From: a virus | Lineage: Duplodnaviria > Heunggongvirae > Uroviricota > Caudoviricetes | Length of the DNA stretch: 64,000 nt | Reading direction: 5' to 3' (one strand) | IMG/VR virus record: IMGVR_UViG_3300042398_001452 | Shown: one piece after another, positions 54,127 through 62,864 of the stretch | Position numbering within the stretch: the first letter of the stretch is position 1 | How the letters are laid out: each line of letters starts with the position of its first letter | Position numbers and translations under genes: made by a program | Notes under the pieces: generated by a model | What the model saw: only the letters and a program-made list of their open reading frames with translations | The model's database searches: none | Told to the model about the DNA's origin: nothing

Positions 54127-55668
54127 ATGAGTGGATATGGATATGGAAATGGAAAAAAGAAGTCGTGGAACTCTTGGGGTGGATCTTGGGGTGGAGGCGG
54201 TGGTAGTGTATCAGGGTGGGAGAAATCTCACTTTGGAGGATATCATCGTGTACTAACCGACTACCCTTACATCAAGATCGATTTTGATTTGGACGTTAAC
54301 CCTGAAACGGGTATCTCCAAAGATCTCGGAACTTGGATGGGTGAAAAACTTATTAAGCTTTATATTCTTAAGGCGAAGGAATTAGATCTCATTGGATACT
54401 TTAAAACTGAGGTTGTCGAGGAGCTTAAATTTATGCAGCTTAAAAAGTATATGGTTGCTAAACTCGATCATGAAGGAGTCTTCGAGCGGATATGCAGCAC
54501 CTATACCGAGTTAGCTCCTATGTTCGAAAACTACAAGGACGGTATATTCGCCAGTGAAATCAAAATGGAAATTCCAGACGAGGACAAAAAGGAAGGTGAA
54601 GGCGAGGGAGAAGGCGAGGGAGAAGGTGAAGGTGAAGGACAAGGCCAGGGTCAAGGAGAGGGTGAAGGCGAAGGTAAAGGTAAAGGCCAAGGTGACGGAG
54701 ATGGTGATGATGAAGAGGATGGCGAAGGTCAAGGTGGAAAGAAAAGAATGGGAGGTGGAGGAAATCCGAATAACACTAGAAATGGTAAGACGATTCAGGA
54801 CTATATGAAACAGATCTCCGAGTCTAAGCCGTATACACATTCGTCTTCACTTAGCGACTTTTCGGAAACTCCTAAGTTCGTTTCTTTCGCTCAAAGAGTA
54901 AGAAGTGAAAACCCCGCTCCGTATAAATTCAAACCAGGCGAAATAAAAAATGCGGAGGCTTTAATTAAGCTCCTCGACATAAGCTTCGACCCAACCAGTG
55001 CGGAAGTCAAAAATCTTAAACTTGGTAAATTGGACGTTTCAAAGATAGCCGAGGTACCAGCAGGAAATGTATCCGTCTACAAACAGACCGTGGAAGAGCA
55101 AGATACTAAACCGTTCTCCGTATGTATATTAGCTGACATGTCCGGAAGTATGGGTAGCGGTAATCGAATACCTTCTCAGCTACACATTATGAACTCGCTA
55201 TATTTAGCGATGACACAAATACTTCCGCCGGATAAACTATACATCTACGGGCATAGCGGAGATAATCAACCAGAAATCTATCCGTTCTATACTCCTTATG
55301 ACGCTGACTACGAACACAACATTACTTTTTACCGAAACGGAGTACATTGGTGTCAGAATTACGATGGACCTGTTATCGAGTCAATTCATAAGAAGATCCG
55401 AGAGACATCTGAAGATCGTATAATCTTCATCTCTCTATCAGACGGAGAACCTTGCGGTAACGGATACGGAGGTCATAAAGATAACGAGGAGTTAAAAAGA
55501 ATACTCGAAAGAGCTAGACGAGACTCATTCGTTACAGTAGGTATCGGTATTGAAGCAGGTCACGTATCAAATCTTTACACTTACGCCAAACCAGTATGGG
55601 ATCTCACCCAACTTCCAAAAGAAGTATCGGGTATCATCAATCAGGTGGTTCGGTCAGAGTTCAAGTAA
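54127..55668 (+). CDS. vWA-domain protein (CobT-like), paralog 2
   Basis: LADMSGSM, NYDG, ISLSDGEP; collinear with 51948-53492. Confidence 0.85.
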   Translation: MSGYGYGNGKKKSWNSWGGSWGGGGGSVSGWEKSHFGGYHRVLTDYPYIKIDFDLDVNPETGISKDLGTWMGEKLIKLYILKAKELDLIGYFKTEVVEELKFMQLKKYMVAKLDHEGVFERICSTYTELAPMFENYKDGIFASEIKMEIPDEDKKEGEGEGEGEGEGEGEGQGQGQGEGEGEGKGKGQGDGDGDDEEDGEGQGGKKRMGGGGNPNNTRNGKTIQDYMKQISESKPYTHSSSLSDFSETPKFVSFAQRVRSENPAPYKFKPGEIKNAEALIKLLDISFDPTSAEVKNLKLGKLDVSKIAEVPAGNVSVYKQTVEEQDTKPFSVCILADMSGSMGSGNRIPSQLHIMNSLYLAMTQILPPDKLYIYGHSGDNQPEIYPFYTPYDADYEHNITFYRNGVHWCQNYDGPVIESIHKKIRETSEDRIIFISLSDGEPCGNGYGGHKDNEELKRILERARRDSFVTVGIGIEAGHVSNLYTYAKPVWDLTQLPKEVSGIINQVVRSEFK

Positions 55669-55748
55669 ATCCACAATCCATCATATGCGAGAGAAGGCCT
55701 TCGGGCCTTTTTTCGTGACCTCAACTTTTGCAGCATATGCTGGATTCT

Positions 55749-55762
55749 CTGGGGAACCCCAG
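55749..55762. repeat. Palindromic box CTGGGGAACCCCAG
   Basis: Between terminator hairpin (about 55693-55713) and promoter 55778. Confidence 0.8.
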
Positions 55763-55831
55763 GAAACTAGATACAGAAATCATTTTTTTCTTTCATTAGA
55801 ATTTTCTACATTTGCTATGTAAATCAATTAT

Positions 55832-56281
55832 ATGACAGAAGAAAGAATAAAAGCAGCTGAATCTATTAAGTCTATGGCTGCAGAGAATGAGGGTAAGATC
55901 TTTATGGGAATGGTTCACCATATGTATGGTCCTTTGCGAGGGCTTAATTTCATTTTAGATAACCCCAACATCGAAGAGGTATTAGCCGCTATAGATTCTC
56001 AGGCGGAACCTATGGAATTAGAGGATCAAATGAAAATGGCCGAGATAGTTAAGGCTAAGAATCCCGAGAATGTTATCGAGTTATGTTTTAAGATTTGGGT
56101 TGAGACCGCATTGTCACCACGTCTTATGATACTTCCATTCGATATGACAGAACAAGCGGAGAACTATCCTAATACGGTTAAGAATATAGTAGAAGGAATT
56201 AAGGAAGTAAATTCGTCTTTAAAAATGACTTCATCGTTACAATCTAAAGACGCATTCTTTTTTCGGACAGGAATCATATGA
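55832..56281 (+). CDS. Hypothetical protein
   Basis: Own promoter 55778-55814. Confidence 0.55.
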   Translation: MTEERIKAAESIKSMAAENEGKIFMGMVHHMYGPLRGLNFILDNPNIEEVLAAIDSQAEPMELEDQMKMAEIVKAKNPENVIELCFKIWVETALSPRLMILPFDMTEQAENYPNTVKNIVEGIKEVNSSLKMTSSLQSKDAFFFRTGII

Positions 56282-56337
56282 ATCGTTTTTTTCTTTCGTA
56301 TAGTTTTCCTAAATTTGTCTCGGACAAAAAAACAAAT

Positions 56338-56433
56338 ATGGGTGGAACTAAAAAGGGCGATACAAAACCCAAACCGAAATTTAATTATTACAGTGTGGCG
56401 AAAGGAACCAAACCTATAAATCGCCCAAAATAA
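56338..56433 (+). CDS. 31-aa basic peptide (not in track)
   Basis: MGGTKKGDTKPKPKFNYYSVAKGTKPINRPK; own promoter 56281-56317 and terminator 56442-56469. Confidence 0.55.
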   Translation: MGGTKKGDTKPKPKFNYYSVAKGTKPINRPK

Positions 56434-56543
56434 TATTAAAGGCCTAGCTCGAAGCTAGGCTTTTTTTTTAATAGAAAAATCCGAGAAATCATTTTTTTTA
56501 TTTAGAAAAAACTATTACCTTTACGGTATAAAACCGAACAAAA

Positions 56544-56774
56544 ATGAGCAACTGGGAACAATGCAGAAATTACGGACTAGTTCAAATAGAACCAAATAAT
56601 ACGATAAGATTATATTATAATCAATTCGGTTATTGTTTAGCTGGCAATCCGTTATTCCTTTACGTAGAAGACGCCTATTGGCAAGGACAAAATCTAATAC
56701 TGAGAGGTCGAGACTCGTACGGATATCCCAAAGTTTATATAATGAACGGATTTAATAATTATGTACAAATTTAA
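56544..56774 (+). CDS. Small aromatic-rich hypothetical protein
   Basis: Own promoter 56487-56523. Confidence 0.55.
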   Translation: MSNWEQCRNYGLVQIEPNNTIRLYYNQFGYCLAGNPLFLYVEDAYWQGQNLILRGRDSYGYPKVYIMNGFNNYVQI

Positions 56775-56784
56775 ATAATAAAAA

Positions 56785-57000
56785 ATGAACCGAAAATTAA
56801 CAATGACGCTAAGTGAACCAGTTAAACTGTACGCTAGCTTAAAATTCGAAGAGAAAGGTATAACACGATTAAAAGCAGGAGAAACTGTTACGTTCGAAGA
56901 AACAGGAAAAGCTCACGTAAACAGCGAAGGTAAAGAATGCAAAGTTCTTCGTCTTCGTAAGAATACTCGAAACTATTACGTATTAGAAGAGTTAAATTAA
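56785..57000 (+). CDS. Small hypothetical protein
   Basis: Followed by terminator at about 57030-57062. Confidence 0.55.
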   Translation: MNRKLTMTLSEPVKLYASLKFEEKGITRLKAGETVTFEETGKAHVNSEGKECKVLRLRKNTRNYYVLEELN

Positions 57001-57240
57001 CATTCTGCCAAGTTAATATAACCGCCAAGGAGCCTGGACGTTAAGTTCAGGCTTTTTTTTTGCCGTACAAAGACTTTTATACGTTTACTATATTAATCTA
57101 TGGATAATCGATTAGAATCGCCTATACTTAAAAATATTAAATACTACAGGGCCCTTATCAGGGGGGCTAGCGTATACGTACGCGAAGAGAGATATTACGC
57201 ATACATTTATCTTAGATATTTGTTTTTTCTCATGATTATT

Positions 57241-57254
57241 CTGGGGAACCCCAG
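57241..57254. repeat. Palindromic box CTGGGGAACCCCAG
   Basis: Exact copy in intergenic DNA. Confidence 0.8.
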
Positions 57255-57350
57255 GAAAATATGTGTATTTCACATACTTAGTTTTGTAATCTTTACTTAT
57301 CTTTGTTCTATAAGATATAATTAAAACTGTTTAAAAGCAAATATAAAGGT

Positions 57351-57761
57351 ATGAAATGTATTCAGTGTGGTTCAGATCATGAGAGAAAGGGTATGTATTG
57401 TTCTAAAAGATGTACGGATAAAGCATACAGAGAGAGGAAGAAATTAAAGGTATCCGAAACACCTAATAAAGTTGAAGATGAGGTGGAATTAGAAGTTGAG
57501 GAAAAGATCGATATCCCTAATGAAAAAGGAACTAAACTAAGATGGTGTAACTTCTGCGGAGCCTCCATAGAGAATTCACCTAAGCTAGGGTTCTGCGACT
57601 CGCATCACGAACGAGAATATTGGTATGCGGTAAAACATAATCTTGCTTTAAAAATACGCATAGATTCAAAGACTATAGTTGAGACGAGAAGGTACCAAAA
57701 GGTACAGGAGGTAATCGAGGCTATGGCTAACCGTAACAAGATGGGGGTCACCTTCTTTTGA
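57351..57761 (+). CDS. Double Zn-ribbon protein
   Basis: CIQCGSDHERKGMYCSKRC plus CNFC..FCDSHH. Confidence 0.65.
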   Translation: MKCIQCGSDHERKGMYCSKRCTDKAYRERKKLKVSETPNKVEDEVELEVEEKIDIPNEKGTKLRWCNFCGASIENSPKLGFCDSHHEREYWYAVKHNLALKIRIDSKTIVETRRYQKVQEVIEAMANRNKMGVTFF

Positions 57762-57800
57762 AACTTTACCGTAGTTTTATCTATAATTCGAAAAATCTTT

Positions 57801-58091
57801 ATGAATAGAAATTACCGACTTATAATTATACTCCTATTCTTATGTCTAATGTCGATGATAGTGGCTTCGTGTAAGTCTACAAAGAATAACTGCGATGCTT
57901 ATGGTATTCGTTGGGAGAACCCCCGAATAGATTCAGTAGCGGTTTTGAAAGATAAACGAACTTATCTTCCTTTTATACCTGTTATGGGATCGATGGAACT
58001 TCATATGAACACTCCCGAGAAAGGAAGATATCTTATTCTTTTAAAAGACGGAAACACTATAGTCGAGGAGAGAACCCTCGTACTAAAATAG
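57801..58091 (+). CDS. Putative lipoprotein
   Basis: Signal ending IVASC-KSTKNNCDAY; class II promoter-like element at 57760. Confidence 0.6.
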   Translation: MNRNYRLIIILLFLCLMSMIVASCKSTKNNCDAYGIRWENPRIDSVAVLKDKRTYLPFIPVMGSMELHMNTPEKGRYLILLKDGNTIVEERTLVLK

Positions 58092-58160
58092 TTTTAAAAA
58101 TCATTTTTTTTATTCCTTAGAAATTTCTATATTTGAGATAACCAATTAAATCAAATAAAA

Positions 58161-58436
58161 ATGACTAATGAGGAAAGAGAAAGAAAACACGAATTGCTTA
58201 ATAAAATAGCAGGACTCGTAAGAATGGCTTCAGCTTTGGGTGACACCATAGACGACGAGCAAACTAGATTTATCGCAGAAACTTGTAGATTAGTTCTTGT
58301 TGCAGGAGGAGATCCGGAAACATCCATTCTATTATCGGAACACATTCTCAACTACCTAGAGGAAATGTCAATGAGAAGCGGTGAGAAAACAGCCACGGAG
58401 TATTTAACGAAAGATTATAAACTTCAATTAAACTAA
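58161..58436 (+). CDS. Hypothetical protein
   Basis: Own promoter 58099-58135. Confidence 0.55.
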   Translation: MTNEERERKHELLNKIAGLVRMASALGDTIDDEQTRFIAETCRLVLVAGGDPETSILLSEHILNYLEEMSMRSGEKTATEYLTKDYKLQLN

Positions 58437-58441
58437 AAGCG

Positions 58442-58876
58442 ATGACAAGTATATTTTTTATCTTAGCCGTATTCTTCTTATTCTATGAGATCGGCGTAGC
58501 ACTAAAACCTTCCAAAGTTAGTCTCAGGTTGAAACAGCTTATGGACAAGGACAATTTTAAAGACTTAAAAACCGAAGATAAAATCGGAGGATGTCTCTTC
58601 TCGCTTGTTCAAATGCTCTACCTTGTATGGACTGTTATAGGACTTGCGTTTGCTTCCCAATGGATATTATTCGCCTTGCTATTTTTAATCGGAGCAGTAT
58701 CCGGAATAGTACAAAAGGCTTTTCGTATGAAATCATTAGAAAACTCCGGAGTAGCACTAGGACTGAGGTCTATTGACGCCTTACTATGTGCCTTTATAAT
58801 CTTCGACATCTTCATGACTCATTTCCGAGGAGATGTTTGGGGAACCGGACTTGTCAGAATGCTGATTGGTTTATAG
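58442..58876 (+). CDS. Multi-pass membrane protein
   Basis: About four hydrophobic helices. Confidence 0.6.
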   Translation: MTSIFFILAVFFLFYEIGVALKPSKVSLRLKQLMDKDNFKDLKTEDKIGGCLFSLVQMLYLVWTVIGLAFASQWILFALLFLIGAVSGIVQKAFRMKSLENSGVALGLRSIDALLCAFIIFDIFMTHFRGDVWGTGLVRMLIGL

Positions 58877-58957
58877 TTCGATTGATTAACAGAGAAAGCC
58901 TAGGATAAAATCCTAGGCTTTTTTGTGTGCTTAGGATTTGCAGCATATGCTAGTTCT

Positions 58958-58971
58958 CTGGGGTTCCTCAG
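58958..58971. repeat. Palindromic box variant CTGGGGTTCCTCAG
   Basis: Preceded by GCAGCATATGC; between terminator and promoter 58988. Confidence 0.75.
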
Positions 58972-59047
58972 GAAGATTGATTCAAAGAATCATTTTTTTC
59001 TTTAAGTAGATTTTTCTATATTAGCTATGTAACCAAATAAGAAGATC

Positions 59048-59383
59048 ATGGGAAAGGTAAAATTAAAAATCACGTTTACTAAAGAAAGTGTCGAAGATTT
59101 TTTCGAAGCGAAGCATAAGTTCAAATTCGAGGATGATGATCCAAAGCTAGTCGATAATTTATTAGATGAATTAGAATACGTATACACCAGCGAATATAAT
59201 CTTTGCAGTGAAGCTAATAAGGAATTCTCTCTAGCTTTAGAAGGAATGAAGAGTAGAAAGCTAGACGATTCTTTAGAAACGGACCTTAATAAGATAGCTA
59301 AAGAATTAGAGAATCGGTTTTTCGGAGATCAGGACGGTGAATCGATGCTGAGAAATAATATCGGTATAAAAATTAAAATTTAA
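59048..59383 (+). CDS. Acidic hypothetical protein
   Basis: Own promoter 58988-59024. Confidence 0.55.
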   Translation: MGKVKLKITFTKESVEDFFEAKHKFKFEDDDPKLVDNLLDELEYVYTSEYNLCSEANKEFSLALEGMKSRKLDDSLETDLNKIAKELENRFFGDQDGESMLRNNIGIKIKI

Positions 59384-59394
59384 AAAAAGAACCC

Positions 59395-59721
59395 ATGTTT
59401 ATAGTAATAGATATTCCTATAGCCTTAGTGAAACCGGAGAATAAGGACTACGAGAGAGCACTAGGGCTTGCGTCAGATTATGATGATGCTGTTCCGTCAA
59501 CTCCTAAGGCGATGAAGATGTCAAAGCTAATCAAGGATCCTCTAAAGCTAGTAAGACGATCTAAAGCGGTAGTTGGAGTATGGGGTACCGACGATCACGA
59601 GGGTAAAGCTTTTGACGAGAATGTTTGGTTCCCTTTCAAGAAAGCTTTGACCGATATGGGGTTCACTGAAGACCAAATTCGTGATATAGAAAATTTTGAA
59701 ATAGATGAAGAAAATTTATAG
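59395..59721 (+). CDS. Hypothetical protein
   Basis: 108-aa ORF in operon. Confidence 0.55.
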   Translation: MFIVIDIPIALVKPENKDYERALGLASDYDDAVPSTPKAMKMSKLIKDPLKLVRRSKAVVGVWGTDDHEGKAFDENVWFPFKKALTDMGFTEDQIRDIENFEIDEENL

Positions 59722-59786
59722 AAATCATTTTTTTTATTAAATAGAATTTTCTACTTTAGCAATGTAAACCAATTAAATCTTTCAAA

Positions 59787-60218
59787 ATGTCAAAAGAAAA
59801 AGAAAATCAAACTATCACAGGTGGTCTCGGAATCAAGGAGGAATACTTCGATATCGCAAAAGAACGAGTTCTTAAAAAGCTTAAAGACCTCGACACTGTA
59901 TCCGATGCTTTGGAGTCAGTTGCGGAGGAGGTAAGAGACGAGGAGTTTGGCGATTCAAACTTCAGAGTTTCTGAATACGAGAAAAAACTTATCCTGACCG
60001 GATTCATTATGGGATGCGTTAGCTCAGAAGCTCGCATGTCGCACAAGCTTGACGAGCTTAAAATGGTAATGAGTCTTATGGCGATGAGTAAGGAAATCGG
60101 TAAGGACAAAGAAGGAAATCCAATCTTAGGTGGAATTCTTGACGCTTCGGATATGCCTAAAGAACTTCGAGACCTTTTAGAAAAACTTTCGGGAGAAAAA
60201 GACGAAGATGACGATTAA
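59787..60218 (+). CDS. Hypothetical helical protein
   Basis: Own promoter 59723-59759. Confidence 0.55.
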   Translation: MSKEKENQTITGGLGIKEEYFDIAKERVLKKLKDLDTVSDALESVAEEVRDEEFGDSNFRVSEYEKKLILTGFIMGCVSSEARMSHKLDELKMVMSLMAMSKEIGKDKEGNPILGGILDASDMPKELRDLLEKLSGEKDEDDD

Positions 60219-60326
60219 TTGGTTAACACAGGGGCTCGGGAATTCACTCGAGCCCTTTGAAAAATCAATAAATCATTTTTTTCTTTAGATATAAATCACT
60301 ATATTAGCTTAATAACAAAAAGAGAT

Positions 60327-60575
60327 ATGGCATCAAAAACAAAAATCAGTCACCCAGACCTTAAAAAGAAATTACAAGGTGGATCGCTTAAGTTTTACTT
60401 CCGAAAGGTTGGAGGAGAACTTCGAGAAGCAATCGGTACTTTGGATCTAAACCGAATTCCTAATGCTAACCATCCGAAAGGTGGAAAGGTATCAGGAACA
60501 CAAACTGCCTACTACGACCTTGAAAAGGGAGCTTGGCGAAGTGTTTCGGAAACACAGGAAATCTGGGTAGATTAA
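60327..60575 (+). CDS. SH3-beta-barrel / WYL_2-like protein
   Basis: KFYFRKVGGELREAIGT...YYDLEKGAWRS; promoter 60271-60307. Confidence 0.7.
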   Translation: MASKTKISHPDLKKKLQGGSLKFYFRKVGGELREAIGTLDLNRIPNANHPKGGKVSGTQTAYYDLEKGAWRSVSETQEIWVD

Positions 60576-60765
60576 AAATAAACATCACGCCTCGTGGAAA
60601 CGTCGACTAATCCCTCAGGCTGAATGCTAGAGACCCCGGATCGCTACCGGGGTTTTTCTAAAAAAATTAAAAATGTGGCCAATAAGAATTTGTTAATTGC
60701 CACCAGAGAGATGGCATGACGAGACTGGTATGGCACCAGGATACAAAAACTATAAAAGAAAGAAC

Positions 60766-60939
60766 ATGAAAAAGTACAATTTAATCGTTTCATTTTTAGC
60801 TGTAATCGGAATATCTTTTCTTCTCGGAGAATATCCATTAATTGTAGCTTTGAGTTCTTTCGGTATTGGCCTAGCTTACCGTTTCATTTCCCCCGGAGAA
60901 AATAAACAAGATGAACGATCGAGAGACGTCATAGATTAG
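60766..60939 (+). CDS. Small two-TM protein
   Basis: MKKYNLIVSFLAVIGISFLLG... Confidence 0.5.
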   Translation: MKKYNLIVSFLAVIGISFLLGEYPLIVALSSFGIGLAYRFISPGENKQDERSRDVID

Positions 60940-61112
60940 TACATCTAAAAGGTAGCAACATTTTTAAAGAGGACTTAGTTCCTCTTTTTTTGTGTGGTAA
61001 AACTTAGGCCTCCCTAGTTCTCTGAGGTTCCCCAGAGCAAGAATCTTAGGAATCATTTTTTTCTTTATGTAGAATTTTCTACATTAGCTACGTAACCAAT
61101 AAAAAAAGACTT

Positions 61113-61736
61113 ATGCCGGAGATATTATCATCGTTGACCAAGATAAAAAATTTTAGAGAGCTACGTTGGCTTCCTAAACAGTATAGAGATCCTATAATTG
61201 CTACTATAGCTGAGGTTAGGGTACAAGCATTTAAGGACAGCATTAAAGACATGAAAGGATCTGAATCTTTAACTGATAAGCAGATAGAAATATTAGCAAT
61301 GTCTACTGACGCTGCTATACACATTAGAAAGGACGGTAAAATAAATGTCAATGGTATTTTCGATTGTTCCGGATTAGGATTGACTAGCTTACATGGCTTA
61401 AAACTTGGTAAGATAAAAGGGGAATTCATTTGCAGTAATAATTCTATCACAAATCTTGAAGGATTTCCTACTGAGAATCAGTGGAACCCTTGTAATTTCT
61501 ATAGAAACCAAGGTGTTTCTCCAGAAACGCTAATGGCAATCCACAAAATTATGATTCACGATAAGGTAGACTATTGGCGTGCTTTGTGTATTGCTAAATC
61601 TGATTGCGAAAATATGAAAAACGTATCACTAGCATTTTCTATGGGGATTGACGATTTATTTAATCAGATTGGAGATAGATTAACCCCTGAGGCGATTAAA
61701 TCTTATTTCATCGCGGCGAGATATAGAAAATTTTAG
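61113..61736 (+). CDS. Protein with short LRR-like repeat (FxCSxNxLTSLxG type)
   Basis: GIFDCSGLGLTSLHG...GEFICSNNSITNLEGFP. Confidence 0.65.
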   Translation: MPEILSSLTKIKNFRELRWLPKQYRDPIIATIAEVRVQAFKDSIKDMKGSESLTDKQIEILAMSTDAAIHIRKDGKINVNGIFDCSGLGLTSLHGLKLGKIKGEFICSNNSITNLEGFPTENQWNPCNFYRNQGVSPETLMAIHKIMIHDKVDYWRALCIAKSDCENMKNVSLAFSMGIDDLFNQIGDRLTPEAIKSYFIAARYRKF

Positions 61737-61811
61737 TAAGATCATTTTTTTCTTTAGATAGAATTTTCTACATTTATATTGTAATCAACTATAACATCAA
61801 ATAATAGAGAG

Positions 61812-62150
61812 GTGGAAAATAAAAAAGACAGTATAATATCGGATTACTTAAAGCTCATGATGATTAGCAACGGAATAGCATGGTCTAAACAGGTCAAGTT
61901 AGCAGTTGCGGGTAATCCTGAAACTCCTCCAGATATACTAGATATTCTTTCTGAGGATCCGGATACGGACGTTAAAAGTAAAGTTGCACGAAATCCCAAC
62001 TCCTCGCTTGGTACCCTTGCTAGGTTGCTTAAATGCAAAGCCTGGATTGTAGTCAATAATGTAACGAATCACCCTAAATTTCCTAGACCTGATGATCCGG
62101 ATCGTGAAGAAAAGATGAAGGAAATCGAGTATCTCAAGCATCTCAGATAA
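61812..62150 (+). CDS. HEAT-like/LRV repeat protein
   Basis: LAVAGNPETPPDILDILSED...VARNPN; GTG start. Confidence 0.7.
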   Translation: MENKKDSIISDYLKLMMISNGIAWSKQVKLAVAGNPETPPDILDILSEDPDTDVKSKVARNPNSSLGTLARLLKCKAWIVVNNVTNHPKFPRPDDPDREEKMKEIEYLKHLR

Positions 62151-62220
62151 TCTAGAAATCATTTTTTTCTTTAAATAGAATTTTCTACATTTGTATTGTA
62201 ACCAATTAAAATATAAATAT

Positions 62221-62424
62221 ATGGATTTTTATCAAGCAAAGAAAGGAGGAAAAATTTTTAATCTCGAAGATATGATCAATGAATTAGAAATGATAATGGA
62301 AATGTCTGGTAAGAGTGATATAGATCCGGAAGATTATTTCACCAACGTCGGGGATTTTAATAACGAGGAAGAAGCTAAAAAAAGCTTAAGAAAACCTTGT
62401 CCTAGTTGCGGAGGATATCATTAA
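62221..62424 (+). CDS. Small protein with C-terminal CPSC
   Basis: ATG after promoter 62157-62193. Confidence 0.5.
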   Translation: MDFYQAKKGGKIFNLEDMINELEMIMEMSGKSDIDPEDYFTNVGDFNNEEEAKKSLRKPCPSCGGYH

Positions 62425-62491
62425 TGGGAATCATTTTTTTAATTAAATAGATTTTTCTACTTTAGCTAAGTAACCAATTAAAACAACCAAA

Positions 62492-62854
62492 ATGGAAAAA
62501 GAAACTTTCACCATAGATATATTCAAGGATTTGGATCACAAAGGAAGACAAAACTTAGCAAAGAATACTTCGAACAGAGGAATTCTAATCGTTCTGTCAG
62601 AAGACTCGTGGGAGTATGTTAAAGGACAAGTAGTACAGAATATAAATACTCCGATTTACATACTCAAGAAAATGCTGGAAGAATACGATGAAGTACCTTT
62701 TCTGGATAAGAACGAATCCCATTATTCAGGGTATACAAAAGAGAATATAGAAAAAACTCTTAAACTGATCCGAAAGAAGTTGGGGAAGGAAGAATTTAAA
62801 AAAATGGAGAGAATAGAGAGTATTATACACGAAAGGTTCGGTACTTTTCAATAA
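62492..62854 (+). CDS. HEAT-like/LRV repeat protein
   Basis: LAKNTS..ILIVLSEDSWEYVKGQVVQNINTP. Confidence 0.6.
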   Translation: MEKETFTIDIFKDLDHKGRQNLAKNTSNRGILIVLSEDSWEYVKGQVVQNINTPIYILKKMLEEYDEVPFLDKNESHYSGYTKENIEKTLKLIRKKLGKEEFKKMERIESIIHERFGTFQ

Positions 62855-62864
62855 TACTTAATAA

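Noticed and set aside
52380-54740. (GGTGAA/GGCGAG)n tracts as independent DNA repeats
   Set aside because: They encode the Gly/Glu linkers of the vWA proteins
57100-57324. Track ORF spanning the palindromic box
   Set aside because: No promoter, odd composition, runs through a regulatory repeat; likely spurious
48317-61034. CRISPR array or integron attC array from the palindromic boxes
   Set aside because: Copies are 14 bp, kilobases apart and separated by genes; no regular spacers, no cas or integrase, no attC R/L box layout
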